Assembly (NCBI GenBank): GCA_000146465.1
Contig: CP001945.1
Length of the DNA: 64,000 nt
Direction: 5' to 3' (one strand)
Positions within the stretch are counted from its first letter, which is position 1; every line of letters starts with the position of its first letter. Shown here in pieces: positions 1-10,161 of the stretch. A program made the translations under genes and the position numbers. Below the pieces are notes generated by a model. It had not been told where the DNA came from. It made no database searches and saw nothing but the letters and a program-made list of their open reading frames with translations.

Positions 1-1016
1 AGGGGATAGGGACTGGATGGAGCACCTCTATTCCGAACTTCAATCCAGTGGATGTGGTAGAGAATATCCGGAGGTTGATCAGAGGCGAAGATCCTGTGGA
101 GATGATTCCCTATTACAGGAATTTTAGAGGGACGATTGAAAAGGTGGGAGAAGGAAAATACCAGGTTTCAGGAATATATGAGGGAGACATGGACCTTGAA
201 ATCTCCGAACTTCCTGTTGGGACATGGACTCTAAATTACAAGGAGTTTTTGGAGTCTCTTGTGCAGGCTGGAGTTGTAAAGGACTTCAAGGAATACCATA
301 CAGAAAAGACAGTAAGCTTTTCGGTCAAGCTTTCAAAGAGCATCAGCAACCTAAAGCTAAGCACAACCATCACCATCAACAACATGGTTTGCTTTGATGA
401 AAACCTTGGAATTAAGAAGTATTCGACGCCTCAGGAGATTCTGAAGGAATTCTATGATGTTAGACTTAGATATTATTCAATAAGGAAGGAAAACATGTTG
501 AAGGTAATGAAAGAAGAGTTGGTGAAGTTGGAAAATAAGGTTAGGTTTATAAAAGAGGTTTCAACGGGTGAGCTTGTAATTAGCAGAAGGAGAAAAGGGG
601 AAGTTATATTTGATCTTGAGTCGAGAAGATATGCAAGAGTTGACGATTATGAATATCTTCTGAGCATGTCAATATTAAGTCTTACTGTAGAGAGGATTGA
701 GAAATTAAACAACGAACATGCAAAGAAGCTTGAGGAATATAACAAACTGGAAAGTAAAACTCCCAAAGAACTGTGGTTGGATGACTTAGAGGTCTTTGAA
801 AGAGAGTATCTGAAGATTGTTGAGAGAGAAACTAAAGAATATGATGACGAGCTAAATGGATGTGTTCGAAAGAAAGGGAAAAAGCCAAAGTCTCGAAAAG
901 AAACCACTTACAGGCCAAAGAAGGCAAAAAAGCCCAAATCCCCCCAAGTAACGGAGAACTCCAGTGACGACAATTCCTTAGAGGAAAAACCTTGGAAGAA
1001 GTACAGCCTCATATAA
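1..1016 (+). CDS. TOP2: DNA topoisomerase II, C-terminal portion (5' end lies outside the window). The reading frame is open from position 3. The ORF track begins at 48 only because it translated an alternative start codon.
   Basis: Translation from the window edge reads GIGTGWSTSIPNF...IPYYRNFRGTIEKV...ELPVGTWT...YHTEKTVSF, matching the conserved Top2 C-gate region (GAEGIGTGW...LPSYKNFKGTI...ELPVRTWTQ...YHTDTTVKF). It is followed by a lysine-rich, acidic C-terminal tail. Confidence 0.8.
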   Translation, partial: GIGTGWSTSIPNFNPVDVVENIRRLIRGEDPVEMIPYYRNFRGTIEKVGEGKYQVSGIYEGDMDLEISELPVGTWTLNYKEFLESLVQAGVVKDFKEYHTEKTVSFSVKLSKSISNLKLSTTITINNMVCFDENLGIKKYSTPQEILKEFYDVRLRYYSIRKENMLKVMKEELVKLENKVRFIKEVSTGELVISRRRKGEVIFDLESRRYARVDDYEYLLSMSILSLTVERIEKLNNEHAKKLEEYNKLESKTPKELWLDDLEVFEREYLKIVERETKEYDDELNGCVRKKGKKPKSRKETTYRPKKAKKPKSPQVTENSSDDNSLEEKPWKKYSLI

Positions 1017-1100
1017 ATTCTGAATGAATCACATCTTAAGTCTCATCTTCTGTGGTAGTTTACTGTGACTCTTAAGAAAATTGAGATCGAGTAAATTTTA

Positions 1101-1616
1101 TTATTCTTTGCGTGCCTTTCTATACATTGCATCTATCTTCTTTTGGTACTCAATAGAGGCCGATTTCTCTTTCATAACCTTGTGGTACGCGGACATCTTG
1201 CTTTCCTTACGAATTGTCTTTCTCAAAGTCTTTGATTTCCTCTTGGCAAAATCAGCTAATTTTGGCTTTAGACTCTTGAATACCACCGGCTCGTCTTGGG
1301 GTAGAGGCAGTACTCTTTCTTCTCCTTGAATTCCAAATGCTTCAAAAACTCCAGGGTTCCTTTCAAACATCCCAGCATAACGTCTATAAAGATCCTTGTC
1401 ATTTTCAAACAGATAGTTTTTTACTTCGTTCAAGTAAATCGGTTTGGTCTTGGCCGAAACAAATATCTCTATTAGTTCTATGATCTTGGGATGAGGAGCT
1501 TTTTCTAAAGTTCCACCTACTAGAGTTCCGACTATGTCCTTGTACTCCTTCTCTCTTATTTGGAGGCCTTTGTATCGTCTTATAATTGCATCTATGTCGT
1601 TCTGTAGGATACTCAT
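1101..1616 (-). CDS. Hypothetical small basic protein of 171 aa with a lysine- and arginine-rich C-terminal tail. It may be a ribosomal or nucleic-acid-binding protein, but no family could be assigned.
   Basis: Intact ORF in the dense gene context. The C-terminus KRKSKTLRKTIRKESK...YRKARKE is strongly basic. No diagnostic motif was recognised. Confidence 0.35.
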   Translation of the reverse strand: MSILQNDIDAIIRRYKGLQIREKEYKDIVGTLVGGTLEKAPHPKIIELIEIFVSAKTKPIYLNEVKNYLFENDKDLYRRYAGMFERNPGVFEAFGIQGEERVLPLPQDEPVVFKSLKPKLADFAKRKSKTLRKTIRKESKMSAYHKVMKEKSASIEYQKKIDAMYRKARKE

Positions 1617-1678
1617 ATAAACCCCTCCAATCCGAACTTTTATTATTCCCCTTCCGAACCAAAGCCCTGAGCACAGAT

Positions 1679-2881
1679 ATGGTTGATAAAATGGATAAGA
1701 GATCGATCAGAAAGCTATACTTAAGGAAAGACCCAAAAGATCCCTATTTTCGTTCTTCTCTCACTAGACTTGTGGCCATAGGAAACCCATACCTAACCTT
1801 CATACTCCATGCTATGTTCCGAGATGTTCTTCCAGGAATACCATGCCCGGCGCCGTTTGGTATTCTCATGAAGAGCGGAAAGACAATCAGCTATATAGTC
1901 AGGCGTCTTATGGGAAGGAAGGTGGTATTGGAGGCCAAGAGCGAGTCGGAGGAACTTTACAGCAACAAATGGAACGAAAGTGACTATGCCGATATTATGA
2001 AATTTCTTTTGAATATCGAAAGGACAAATAAGAGGTTGCTGTTTGTTGATCAGCCTTTTATCCGGAACGTGATATCGAAAATATCGGAAGCAGAAAAGGC
2101 AAGAATCATTAGATTCCTAGAGGTCTCTCCTCTTTCTATATCAATAATGAGAACAATAAGAACTGAGAATCTAACAGACACCCATCTGGCAGTCATCAAC
2201 CTTCTGAAGGCCAAGACCATGCCATATGAAGAAGGATTTAGATATGTTCATGAATCCAACGTGGATTTTAAGCTTTTGAAGAGAACATTCTTGAAGTCCA
2301 CCTTTTCACAGATACAGAAATACTTTCACATTCTGGTGGACTTTTTCCCAGAAATGATGTTTGGAATAAGAAAGCCTTACAGTAATAGAATGCAAATATT
2401 TGCAGACCCTCTTTCGATACCGCTCAAGCCGAGGTTATTATGTGTTTATATCCCTGCATGCATATACTTTATAAGAAGGAAATCCAAATCTCTAAGCCTT
2501 GTAAAGAACCTGGATGTCCTGATTAAGACTATTTACATCGAAAAGATCCTTTCTGTTTCCCCTAGGAGGTACCTTTTAAAGAAAGTGATACATCAGCTGA
2601 TTCTTGACACACCTATTCTTGTAAAAGTTATTGTAATGAGGAGATTTCCCCCAAACCTCATTAAGAAGATGGTCGAGTATATCCCATCCTTTCACCTTGC
2701 ATACGAGTTGTCTCTCAAGATTCTTTCCAATGATCCTTCGGATAGCTTCTATGAGGAGCTGGTTGAAGAATTACTTAAAAAGTATCCGACCAAGAGTAAT
2801 GTCAAAAGATTCCAAGCCTGCTCTCATTTATTTAGCAACTCTCTTCTGGAGAGACTAAAGTATCTTACCGAGACAGTCTAA
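1679..2881 (+). CDS. Hypothetical protein. The probable start is the internal Met MVDKMDKRS; the ORF track begins earlier, at 1586, on an alternative start codon.
   Basis: Long open frame of about 400 aa after the first ATG, with no recognisable domain. The segment upstream of 1679 would overlap the neighbouring minus-strand gene and is probably non-coding. Confidence 0.4.
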   Translation: MVDKMDKRSIRKLYLRKDPKDPYFRSSLTRLVAIGNPYLTFILHAMFRDVLPGIPCPAPFGILMKSGKTISYIVRRLMGRKVVLEAKSESEELYSNKWNESDYADIMKFLLNIERTNKRLLFVDQPFIRNVISKISEAEKARIIRFLEVSPLSISIMRTIRTENLTDTHLAVINLLKAKTMPYEEGFRYVHESNVDFKLLKRTFLKSTFSQIQKYFHILVDFFPEMMFGIRKPYSNRMQIFADPLSIPLKPRLLCVYIPACIYFIRRKSKSLSLVKNLDVLIKTIYIEKILSVSPRRYLLKKVIHQLILDTPILVKVIVMRRFPPNLIKKMVEYIPSFHLAYELSLKILSNDPSDSFYEELVEELLKKYPTKSNVKRFQACSHLFSNSLLERLKYLTETV

Positions 2882-3127
2882 AAAGTGAGATTGGTAGAAT
2901 CTCCAGTGTTTTATTTGTTATCCCAGGTATAAAGCTTGTAATTTCCGTCAGAATCCCCAGAGAAGCCTGAATACCATTCTAGATGTTTTAACTTTCTGTT
3001 TTTATGAATGAAAGAGACCTGTATTTTACATTAGTCTCTTAAGAAGAAATTGTCCCCACTAGCTGCTTTTCCATATCTCCAAGTAGTTGTACTTTACTTA
3101 GAGAAAAGAATTACATGGAAAATATAA

Positions 3128-4309
3128 TTAAAAACCATTCTTTATATCAAACAGGTCTAGAATAACACATATAGTTATAAGGAATCCCGTAGAAAGAAGA
3201 TCAGAAATCGATGAAATAAGTGGAAGTGCCAAGACTCCTGTGTCTTCTTCTTTCTTATCTAAATACTCAACAAGGAGGGAAATCCCACTCAGCAAAATTG
3301 TAACCTGGAAAACAAAAGATATTATAAACAATACACAGAACTCACGTGAGTATAGAATCCCCATTAGTGCTGCCATTCCAAGATAGCATAGAGACATGAG
3401 TATGGAAGCTAATACCAATGTTATATATGACTTTCTACTGTTATGAATTGTCCGATTATTGATCGATGTAAATATCCTGTGAAGATAAATGAATGCTATT
3501 GATACAGACATTCCACCAAACACAGGAAACGACGGCGCAAGAACTGGGAATCTAGTGGAAAATGTCTCAAGTACGTATCCACTAGCAGTACTAATTCCAT
3601 ATGTTGCAAGAAGAACCTCCACCGGCTGAAGAGGAATTCTCTTTTTACTGACTAGTACAAAGCAGAGACACAAAGGCATCAAGGAGATTGAGAGGAAAAT
3701 GTATGAAAGACAGGATGACGGGGAGGAGTCCCTAAACCATTTGGTAAAGTATACCAAAGACCTTACATTCGTGTAATCTCCAAAAGATGATATGGTAGGG
3801 AGAATGATATTGTCTGGATTGATGTCCATAAATTTTGACAGCTCTATAGATATTACAAGCAGTATAATGAACAAGATCGAAGTCAATATGCACGATACAA
3901 GTGCACCTGCAAGTATGGAAAGTCCTAGTCCTTCGCTCAATCCTCCTGATAAAATGCCTCCTGCCATCCCTATTAGTCCTATTACAAGTCCTATTGCTAC
4001 AGACTGTGCCAAAACCATGCTAGAGTTGTCAAAGACATATCTGAAGTACCTCCTATATATGAACAAAGGAGATTGACTCATCGACGAAAGATACATCGCA
4101 AATGTTAGTTCTATGTTGCCCTTGAATGCCAAAATGCAGTTTGCTTCGAGAATCACAGGGACGCCTGCTAAGCGGGGATCATCGGTGGCATCTATCAGTA
4201 CGGATCCCATGAGGATCAAGCCACTCAGCGATATAAGTAATCCTGGAATTGATTGTATTAGCAGGGAGGAATCATACAGTGACATATTGAACAAGTCCCC
4301 AAACATCAA
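3128..4309 (-). CDS. Polytopic membrane protein with about 10 transmembrane segments. It is possibly an MgtE/SLC41-like divalent cation transporter.
   Basis: Repeated hydrophobic helices throughout. Two internally repeated segments, DPRLAGVPVILEANCILAFKGNIELTFAMYLSS and LAPSFPVFGGMSVSIAFIYLHR, loosely resemble the duplicated MgtE-domain motif P..(G)GNL..(A)SR(I)ST.LH. The family assignment is weak. Confidence 0.4.
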   Translation of the reverse strand: MMFGDLFNMSLYDSSLLIQSIPGLLISLSGLILMGSVLIDATDDPRLAGVPVILEANCILAFKGNIELTFAMYLSSMSQSPLFIYRRYFRYVFDNSSMVLAQSVAIGLVIGLIGMAGGILSGGLSEGLGLSILAGALVSCILTSILFIILLVISIELSKFMDINPDNIILPTISSFGDYTNVRSLVYFTKWFRDSSPSSCLSYIFLSISLMPLCLCFVLVSKKRIPLQPVEVLLATYGISTASGYVLETFSTRFPVLAPSFPVFGGMSVSIAFIYLHRIFTSINNRTIHNSRKSYITLVLASILMSLCYLGMAALMGILYSREFCVLFIISFVFQVTILLSGISLLVEYLDKKEEDTGVLALPLISSISDLLSTGFLITICVILDLFDIKNGF

Positions 4310-4595
4310 TTCGGGCCTCTGAGTTTGTTAAGAAGAAAAAGTTTCGCAAGCACCAATAATGCTTTATGGAAGGGTCCAACGCTCCATTCCATGGGGTTTC
4401 AAATGCTTTGAAATCATTGATGGACGTGATGAAAGAAAGTAGGAGAATCCTATGAAGAGTGGAGAGGAAACCCTTGTTTCATTTTCAAACATAAGGAGGC
4501 CTTGTGTTCGTAGGACCTGGAATTTCAACAGGCTTGTGGAATTTCTTTTAGGTTGAAACCTTTTGAAAACAACACCCATATAATCAATCCAGAGC

Positions 4596-5330
4596 ATGGA
4601 AAAATCAAATGCGAGCTTTAATTTCGACAAAATACCGAAGTTCATAATGAAGCTCTATAAGGCCACCAATAACGAGAAGTACAAAGGAATCTCCTGGACA
4701 CCCGATGGGCTTAAGATTCACATATATGACCGAGACGTGTTTGTTAAGGAGACACTTCCCCTCATATCGAAGACAAGGGAGTTTGGAACGTTTGTCCGGA
4801 TGTTGAACAGTTACGGGTTTGTTAAGTCCAAGGACATTGAAGAGGAGGACATATATTACAATAAGAACTTCAGAAAGGGAAGAGAGGACCTGCTGGGGTT
4901 TGATGATACACTCCGAATGATTAAAAGGAAGAAGTCCAATGATATTCGAATGAGAATTGGAGATGGATCTTTGAAGGACGTAGTGGAGTATTTATACGTA
5001 CAAAACCAGGAGTTATATACAGAATTGTCTGCTTGCAAGGAGCGCATAGAGAGGCAGGAGAGAGCCCTCAATGGTCTTATAGAAATTCTTTCAAGGGTCT
5101 TTAGAACAAATTCCCAGGACTTCGGGGCTCGGATTAAACCCAATGCTCATAATCTCCACGACGAAATGGACCTTTTTCTTGGAGAGCTTTCAGGGCCTCT
5201 CAAAGAAGGGTATGAGCCGCCTTCTCCTGATGTGCAAGGGAAAGGCATCCCTGAACTGTCCTTTAAGCCAGGAGAAAATTTTCAAGTAGATTCCGACTCT
5301 AAGAACGACAGGTATGATGCTTTCTTCTAG
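4596..5330 (+). CDS. Heat-shock-factor-type DNA-binding-domain transcription factor.
   Basis: The N-terminus FIMKLYKATNNEKYKGISWTPDGLKIHIYDRDVFVKETLPLISKTREFGTFVRMLNSYGFVKS...IYYNKNFRKGREDLL matches the HSF winged-helix consensus (FL.KL...W...G.sF.v.d...F...vLP.yFKh.nfsSFVRQLN.YGF.KV....F.hp.F.RGq..LL). A coiled-coil region follows. Confidence 0.8.
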   Translation: MEKSNASFNFDKIPKFIMKLYKATNNEKYKGISWTPDGLKIHIYDRDVFVKETLPLISKTREFGTFVRMLNSYGFVKSKDIEEEDIYYNKNFRKGREDLLGFDDTLRMIKRKKSNDIRMRIGDGSLKDVVEYLYVQNQELYTELSACKERIERQERALNGLIEILSRVFRTNSQDFGARIKPNAHNLHDEMDLFLGELSGPLKEGYEPPSPDVQGKGIPELSFKPGENFQVDSDSKNDRYDAFF

Positions 5331-5366
5331 ACATTTGTTTCGAGTAGGTTATAGCCTTTCTCATAG

Positions 5367-7769
5367 ATGGCTATGGGTGGAGAGAACATATTAGAAATAA
5401 AGATGATGTGTAATCAACCTGTCAATTTTCTTCATTTTGCACTGAAACGATTATCCTTAATGGAGATTAGAAAGAGAAGTAGGATTGTTCGTGCGCTGGT
5501 AGCCTTGCTTGCCTTGACATCTGGAGCTGTTACTATCATTGCCTCTATAGCTAAGCTGCAAAACTACATCAAGTTCTCGCCTGAAAACGACGGTCGGTTG
5601 GATGAATTTGGTTTCCACCGATCATCTCTTGAGGTCTCAGTCGAAGAATTTGGATGTATCTCTCTCAGATTTTCAGACATAAAGGAAGACTATTTTAGCA
5701 TAGGCGAGAAAGAGGGACGAGAAGAGAAAGAGAGACTGTATCTTGAGTTTATTATAAACACTCTAGGCCAAATCTCTCTTCAAAAAGACGATGAAGGAAT
5801 ATCTGAGAAAAAAGATCTATCTAGAGAGAAAGAGAACTTGCGGATCTTAGTTTGTGAGATCAGATACAATATCTGTAAAAACTCGAAGCTTGCAGGTATC
5901 AAGGGAAAGACAAGCTCGGATCCCTCTTCAGTAGCGCTAAGGAGGTTTTTGGGACTTGATAGGAACTTCCTTAGCCACTGTGATCTTGAGACAGAGGAGA
6001 CGAAAAAGATGTTAAAGGTTATTCAGGGACACTGGCCTTTCCGTTTAGAAGATGTGGAATGCAAGGTTTTTGGAAAGACTCTTCCATTGAAAGGCTATGT
6101 GGCATCTATCCTTGCTAACTATCTCCTTGAGTGCAAAATAGAAAAGCAGAAGAGGATGGCAAGAGATGCAAACATTCTCATGAGAATTGAAACCAGTGGA
6201 GAGGTGGAAAACACTAAGCCAAGCGAATTTGTGATACTGAATGATGGGGAGTGTATGAGCCCGGAAACATACATGAATATTGTACGAGAAATTCTCTTTC
6301 TTGCCAAATACAAAAATATCATTTCTAGCCTGAGTGAAGCAAAAGAGAATCCCCTGTGTGCTGACGAGTTATGGTTTCTTCTACAGAAATGTAAGAACAG
6401 CTTTAATAGGAATTTGTCTTATAAGTTCGACCGAATTCTTGATAGTAAGCCTCGGGGTAATCTGGAGGCTGAAAACGGCCAGAATTGTAAGGTTGATAAT
6501 TCCCTAGCAGGTTTTCTTGGGGTATCTGAGGACTTTCGAGATGGGGAACTAAGACAGATAAAGGAAAAAGACATATCTATTCTTGAACACTACCAGAATT
6601 TTCTCTCCGAGATGGTTGATGAGAAGGTCTATTATCACATTCTAGACGCAAAAAAAGCCATTAAAGTAAAGGATTATATGGCAGTCCTACTACTCAGGAA
6701 CTATAAGGACAAAATATACAAGCTGGCTGGGGAAATTGAGAAAAAGAATGTTTCTTTGGTGAAGATAAACGGCAGATCTATTGAGATGAGGCGCTATCTG
6801 TGGTTTTTGGTTAGACTTATGCACAGAGCCGAATCTTTAAGTAACAGTGCTTCCAACAAAGAACTCAGCAATGGATTAAGAAAGTTAAGAGAGAACTTTA
6901 TACTTTACATCGAACTGTTGATACACGGTAGAAGGATAGATCATCTCGACCCTCCTTCCCGAGCAGTGCTTAGGCTTTTGGGAAAAGGAGAGATAGAAAG
7001 CATTAATACAGAAGATATAGAGCCTGAGCACAGTTATATATTTGAAAATGAGGAACTATGTATTTCTAGCAGAAATAATGTCTTTTCTACAAAGTGTAAT
7101 TTGAATGGAACTGAGGTATCTCTTGGGAGTTATGCCGTGAGTGTGATTTCGAAATATCTCAAGGAGTATGGTAAATACAACAAAGAAAAAGAGGATTCAG
7201 ACTCTAATGTTTTCAGGAATGTGAATGAAGCACTCTCCATAAGATACGAGGACGGTAGACCTGTGGGAACGGAATACTTTGTTATGGTAAGAAGTATGTT
7301 TAGAAAGGCGTTTTGCTATGAGTTGGAACATCTTTTGAGAAAGGCAATATTTGACGATGAGCCTGGATCTAGTATAATCAAGTACTATCTGGATTGGAAG
7401 ATAAGAAATATTGATGAGTTTTTCCTGAAGGCCTTTCGAATCACAATGAACATCTTTGACCAAGGTGGAAAGAGAGTTCCCTCTCATGCTGCCAGCATGA
7501 TCGAAAGGATTTTGGGGAATGATGTTTTCTTTATGGGAAATATTCGTCCAAAGCCGAAAGATGAGAAATTATTCAAGTCGATTTTGTTCCGATTTCCTCG
7601 AAAGTACAAGAAAATTGAATGTTATTTTGGGAATAAGAAATTCCGACTAGTTAATCTTGTTGGCAAGGCGATTGTGGAGTATCTTCGATCCGATCCCGAT
7701 GGACATGAGGGCCTCTCTCTTGAGCTTGAGAGGAGCTTGGTGCCGGAGACGGCATCCTATGAAGAATGA
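5367..7769 (+). CDS. Hypothetical 800-aa protein with an N-terminal signal-anchor or transmembrane segment. It is an orphan.
   Basis: Long intact ORF with a hydrophobic N-terminal segment (IVRALVALLALTSGAVTIIASIA). The rest is a charged, helical-looking sequence without a recognisable domain. Confidence 0.5.
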   Translation: MAMGGENILEIKMMCNQPVNFLHFALKRLSLMEIRKRSRIVRALVALLALTSGAVTIIASIAKLQNYIKFSPENDGRLDEFGFHRSSLEVSVEEFGCISLRFSDIKEDYFSIGEKEGREEKERLYLEFIINTLGQISLQKDDEGISEKKDLSREKENLRILVCEIRYNICKNSKLAGIKGKTSSDPSSVALRRFLGLDRNFLSHCDLETEETKKMLKVIQGHWPFRLEDVECKVFGKTLPLKGYVASILANYLLECKIEKQKRMARDANILMRIETSGEVENTKPSEFVILNDGECMSPETYMNIVREILFLAKYKNIISSLSEAKENPLCADELWFLLQKCKNSFNRNLSYKFDRILDSKPRGNLEAENGQNCKVDNSLAGFLGVSEDFRDGELRQIKEKDISILEHYQNFLSEMVDEKVYYHILDAKKAIKVKDYMAVLLLRNYKDKIYKLAGEIEKKNVSLVKINGRSIEMRRYLWFLVRLMHRAESLSNSASNKELSNGLRKLRENFILYIELLIHGRRIDHLDPPSRAVLRLLGKGEIESINTEDIEPEHSYIFENEELCISSRNNVFSTKCNLNGTEVSLGSYAVSVISKYLKEYGKYNKEKEDSDSNVFRNVNEALSIRYEDGRPVGTEYFVMVRSMFRKAFCYELEHLLRKAIFDDEPGSSIIKYYLDWKIRNIDEFFLKAFRITMNIFDQGGKRVPSHAASMIERILGNDVFFMGNIRPKPKDEKLFKSILFRFPRKYKKIECYFGNKKFRLVNLVGKAIVEYLRSDPDGHEGLSLELERSLVPETASYEE

Positions 7770-7779
7770 CAAGGTACTC

Positions 7780-8055
7780 ATGCAGGCTCATATGCATAAA
7801 AACCTCAACCCCAAAGTTTTTATGGGGATTGAAAGAAGAAGGTTCTATCAGAAACTCACGGTGTTTATAGTCCTTATGTTTGTATCGCCGATAGCAGTCC
7901 ATGTGATTGGAAAATGGTTTGAATCCAATCCTCCGGCGATCTCGTTTATATCATTATTCTTAGTCTTGGGATCGATGGGGGCAATATGCAAGCTCGTGAT
8001 CGACAGGGAGCAAGAGAAAAGGAATAGAAGAGAAAGAAAAATTAAAGTCAAATAA
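7780..8055 (+). CDS. Possible small two-TM membrane protein of about 91 aa.
   Basis: The tail of ORF 7657..8055 extends beyond the stop of the preceding gene and encodes two hydrophobic helices followed by a basic tail (REQEKRNRRERKIKVK). There is no homology evidence, so it could be a chance ORF. Confidence 0.2.
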   Translation: MQAHMHKNLNPKVFMGIERRRFYQKLTVFIVLMFVSPIAVHVIGKWFESNPPAISFISLFLVLGSMGAICKLVIDREQEKRNRRERKIKVK

Positions 8056-8166
8056 ATTCTACCAGGAGTCTTGTTTCCATGACTATAGGGTTTTAAGCCA
8101 TACACCTAGGTTTTCGATTTAAATTTGTTTATTTCTGTCTTTTTTAGATCTGCAAGAACACCCCAA

Positions 8167-8949
8167 ATGAGTGAGGCCTCAGTGATAGTTCACCCATTGG
8201 TGCTACTTTCTGCAGTCGACCACTACAAAAGAAAAGGGACCAAGAGAGTCGTTGGGATACTACTTGGGAGTGACGATGGAGAAGTTCACATTACGGAAAG
8301 CTTTGCTTGCATATTTGAGGAGGACGAGGATGGATGGTTTATAGACACTTCATACATAAGAAGTATGTTTGATCTGTTCTACAAAGTTAACCACAAGCTC
8401 AAAATAATAGGATGGTACCACACAGGACCAAAGATGTATGGGGATGACCTGGACATAACAAGGTCTCTGTCAAACTTTGTCGAAAATCCATTTCTTGCCA
8501 TCATCAATGTCCATCTTGGAGAAAATGATCTTCCAGTCCAGACATTCAGGTTAGACGAACAGGACGAATTTGTACATGTCGGATGCAGCATAGAAGCCGA
8601 AGAGGCTGAAGAGGTGGGAGTTGAGCATCTGATCAGGGACATCAGAGAGGAGGCAAGTGGGTCGATTGCATCCAGGATCAATGGAATAAAGGAGTCGCTA
8701 TTGGTTTACAAGGGGGTTCTTTCGGAGATAAGATCCTATCTTGAAGACGTGATAAGCAAGGACATCCATCCAAATCAGGAAATAATTGATCTCTGCCAGG
8801 AGATCATCAACTCAATTCCGAAGCTGGAGAAGCCTCTTGATGAGAACCTTTCCGACTGCTATGTTTCTGTGCTTGCAAAGACTGTGATTGCATTGAATGA
8901 TTTGAGAAGGAATAGACTTGAGAATGGAATCGAGATGGGTACGCCATAA
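8167..8949 (+). CDS. RPN8: 26S proteasome regulatory subunit Rpn8 (MPN domain).
   Basis: The sequence VIVHPLVLLSAVDHYKR...KRVVGILLG...IIGWYHTGP...AEEAEEVGVEHLIRDI matches Rpn8/PSMD7 (VVVHPLVLLSVVDHFNR...KRVVGVLLG...IVGWYHTGP...AEEAEEVGVEHLLRDI). Start is taken at the internal Met MSEASV. Confidence 0.8.
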   Translation: MSEASVIVHPLVLLSAVDHYKRKGTKRVVGILLGSDDGEVHITESFACIFEEDEDGWFIDTSYIRSMFDLFYKVNHKLKIIGWYHTGPKMYGDDLDITRSLSNFVENPFLAIINVHLGENDLPVQTFRLDEQDEFVHVGCSIEAEEAEEVGVEHLIRDIREEASGSIASRINGIKESLLVYKGVLSEIRSYLEDVISKDIHPNQEIIDLCQEIINSIPKLEKPLDENLSDCYVSVLAKTVIALNDLRRNRLENGIEMGTP

Positions 8950-9035
8950 CTTTAATAAAACGTGTCACATTTCTGGCAGAAATGTCTTCAAATCGGGCTA
9001 GGTTTTTTTGTAAATTTTTCTTTGGGGTATGCAGC

Positions 9036-10106
9036 ATGGAGATTAGCCACATTGTTTTTCTGGATAATGGGGATACAAGCAAAGTTAACCAACAGGTGGT
9101 GTGTGGTAAGTATCTTGTATTCAACTCTCCTTGGGATGATTCTCAAGCAGACACTAAAATAAAAAGAGATGGAAGAACATTGGACATAGAGTCTAAAGAG
9201 ATAATCCTCAAGGTTGCCAGTGGAAAAATTGTTTACTTGGAGACTGTTTATCCTGTAAGTACCGGTGTTGAGTTTGTGGAGCTTATATCCCCACCCAATC
9301 CATATGATTTCTTTCTCCTGAGAAAGCACTTTCTTTCCAAGCTAACAGGAGTATGTCCCAGACCAATGGAGAAGGAAGTAACATATCCAAAGAAGAGGAG
9401 AATAGGATGTTTTATCATGCCGGTAATTCTGTGTATACTAAGAAAGCCTTTGGAGTATTTCCTTGTCAATATTCCTAGTCGCATCGTCGACTATATAATG
9501 AACTCCTCAGTCGAGGAAAAGCAAATCATAACGATAAAGACAACCTTGGGCGCCTATGTAAAATTCTTCACCACCATCCAGAGTCTATTTTTGAGGTTGG
9601 GGTTTCCAGTAGTATTTATTGATGGAATTTATATGATTCCAACAGCAGCTTGTTTATCAATATTTTCTCGCCTAGGTCTCTTCTTAGCAAAGCTGCTGGT
9701 AGAGTCCATTCATCTACTAAACAACAGTAGCTACAATCCCTTAAAAAAGCGGAGAGACTCAGTTGTCCTTAACACAGACCAAATATTCATGTCTGTACTG
9801 ATTTTCTCATTTCTTCTTTTGATCACATTCAATGTTGTGCATTTCTATGTTCTTTATATCTTTATGAACCTATGTCTAATAGCCTTGACAACTTTTAGCG
9901 ATTTTATAGATTTCGTGCTAATAGACATCTCGAAATTCCATACATACACTCTTTCAACAGATCACACCAAACACCGCCAAATCAAGCTCAAATACACCAA
10001 GGTCTCTATCTACCACAAAATCAAATTTGCAATTCAAGCAAGTCTTCTCTCTTCAAAGACGCTCAAAGACACTGTTCTAGCTAAATATCTGCTTGAAATA
10101 AAGTAG
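9036..10106 (+). CDS. Hypothetical multi-pass membrane protein.
   Basis: ORF 8982..10106 has several hydrophobic helices in its C-terminal half and no recognised domain. Start is taken at the Met MEISHIV. Confidence 0.4.
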   Translation: MEISHIVFLDNGDTSKVNQQVVCGKYLVFNSPWDDSQADTKIKRDGRTLDIESKEIILKVASGKIVYLETVYPVSTGVEFVELISPPNPYDFFLLRKHFLSKLTGVCPRPMEKEVTYPKKRRIGCFIMPVILCILRKPLEYFLVNIPSRIVDYIMNSSVEEKQIITIKTTLGAYVKFFTTIQSLFLRLGFPVVFIDGIYMIPTAACLSIFSRLGLFLAKLLVESIHLLNNSSYNPLKKRRDSVVLNTDQIFMSVLIFSFLLLITFNVVHFYVLYIFMNLCLIALTTFSDFIDFVLIDISKFHTYTLSTDHTKHRQIKLKYTKVSIYHKIKFAIQASLLSSKTLKDTVLAKYLLEIK

Positions 10107-10161
10107 TCCTTTTTCATATTTCTCCATTCCAAGATATCCGAAATCAAAAATAAAGCTTTTA

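Noticed and set aside
8125-8166. N-terminal extensions in the ORF track for Rpn8, RPSA, Rab11, Ubc7-like, eIF6, SerRS, Nop56/58, Elp4, Pcc1, Utp23 and the AsnS-like gene.
   Set aside because: In each case the conserved protein N-terminus aligns to an internal Met. The upstream residues are in-frame read-through of 5' flanking sequence. Many are hydrophobic nonsense, and they often contain the AAATTT/CCC promoter-like motif.
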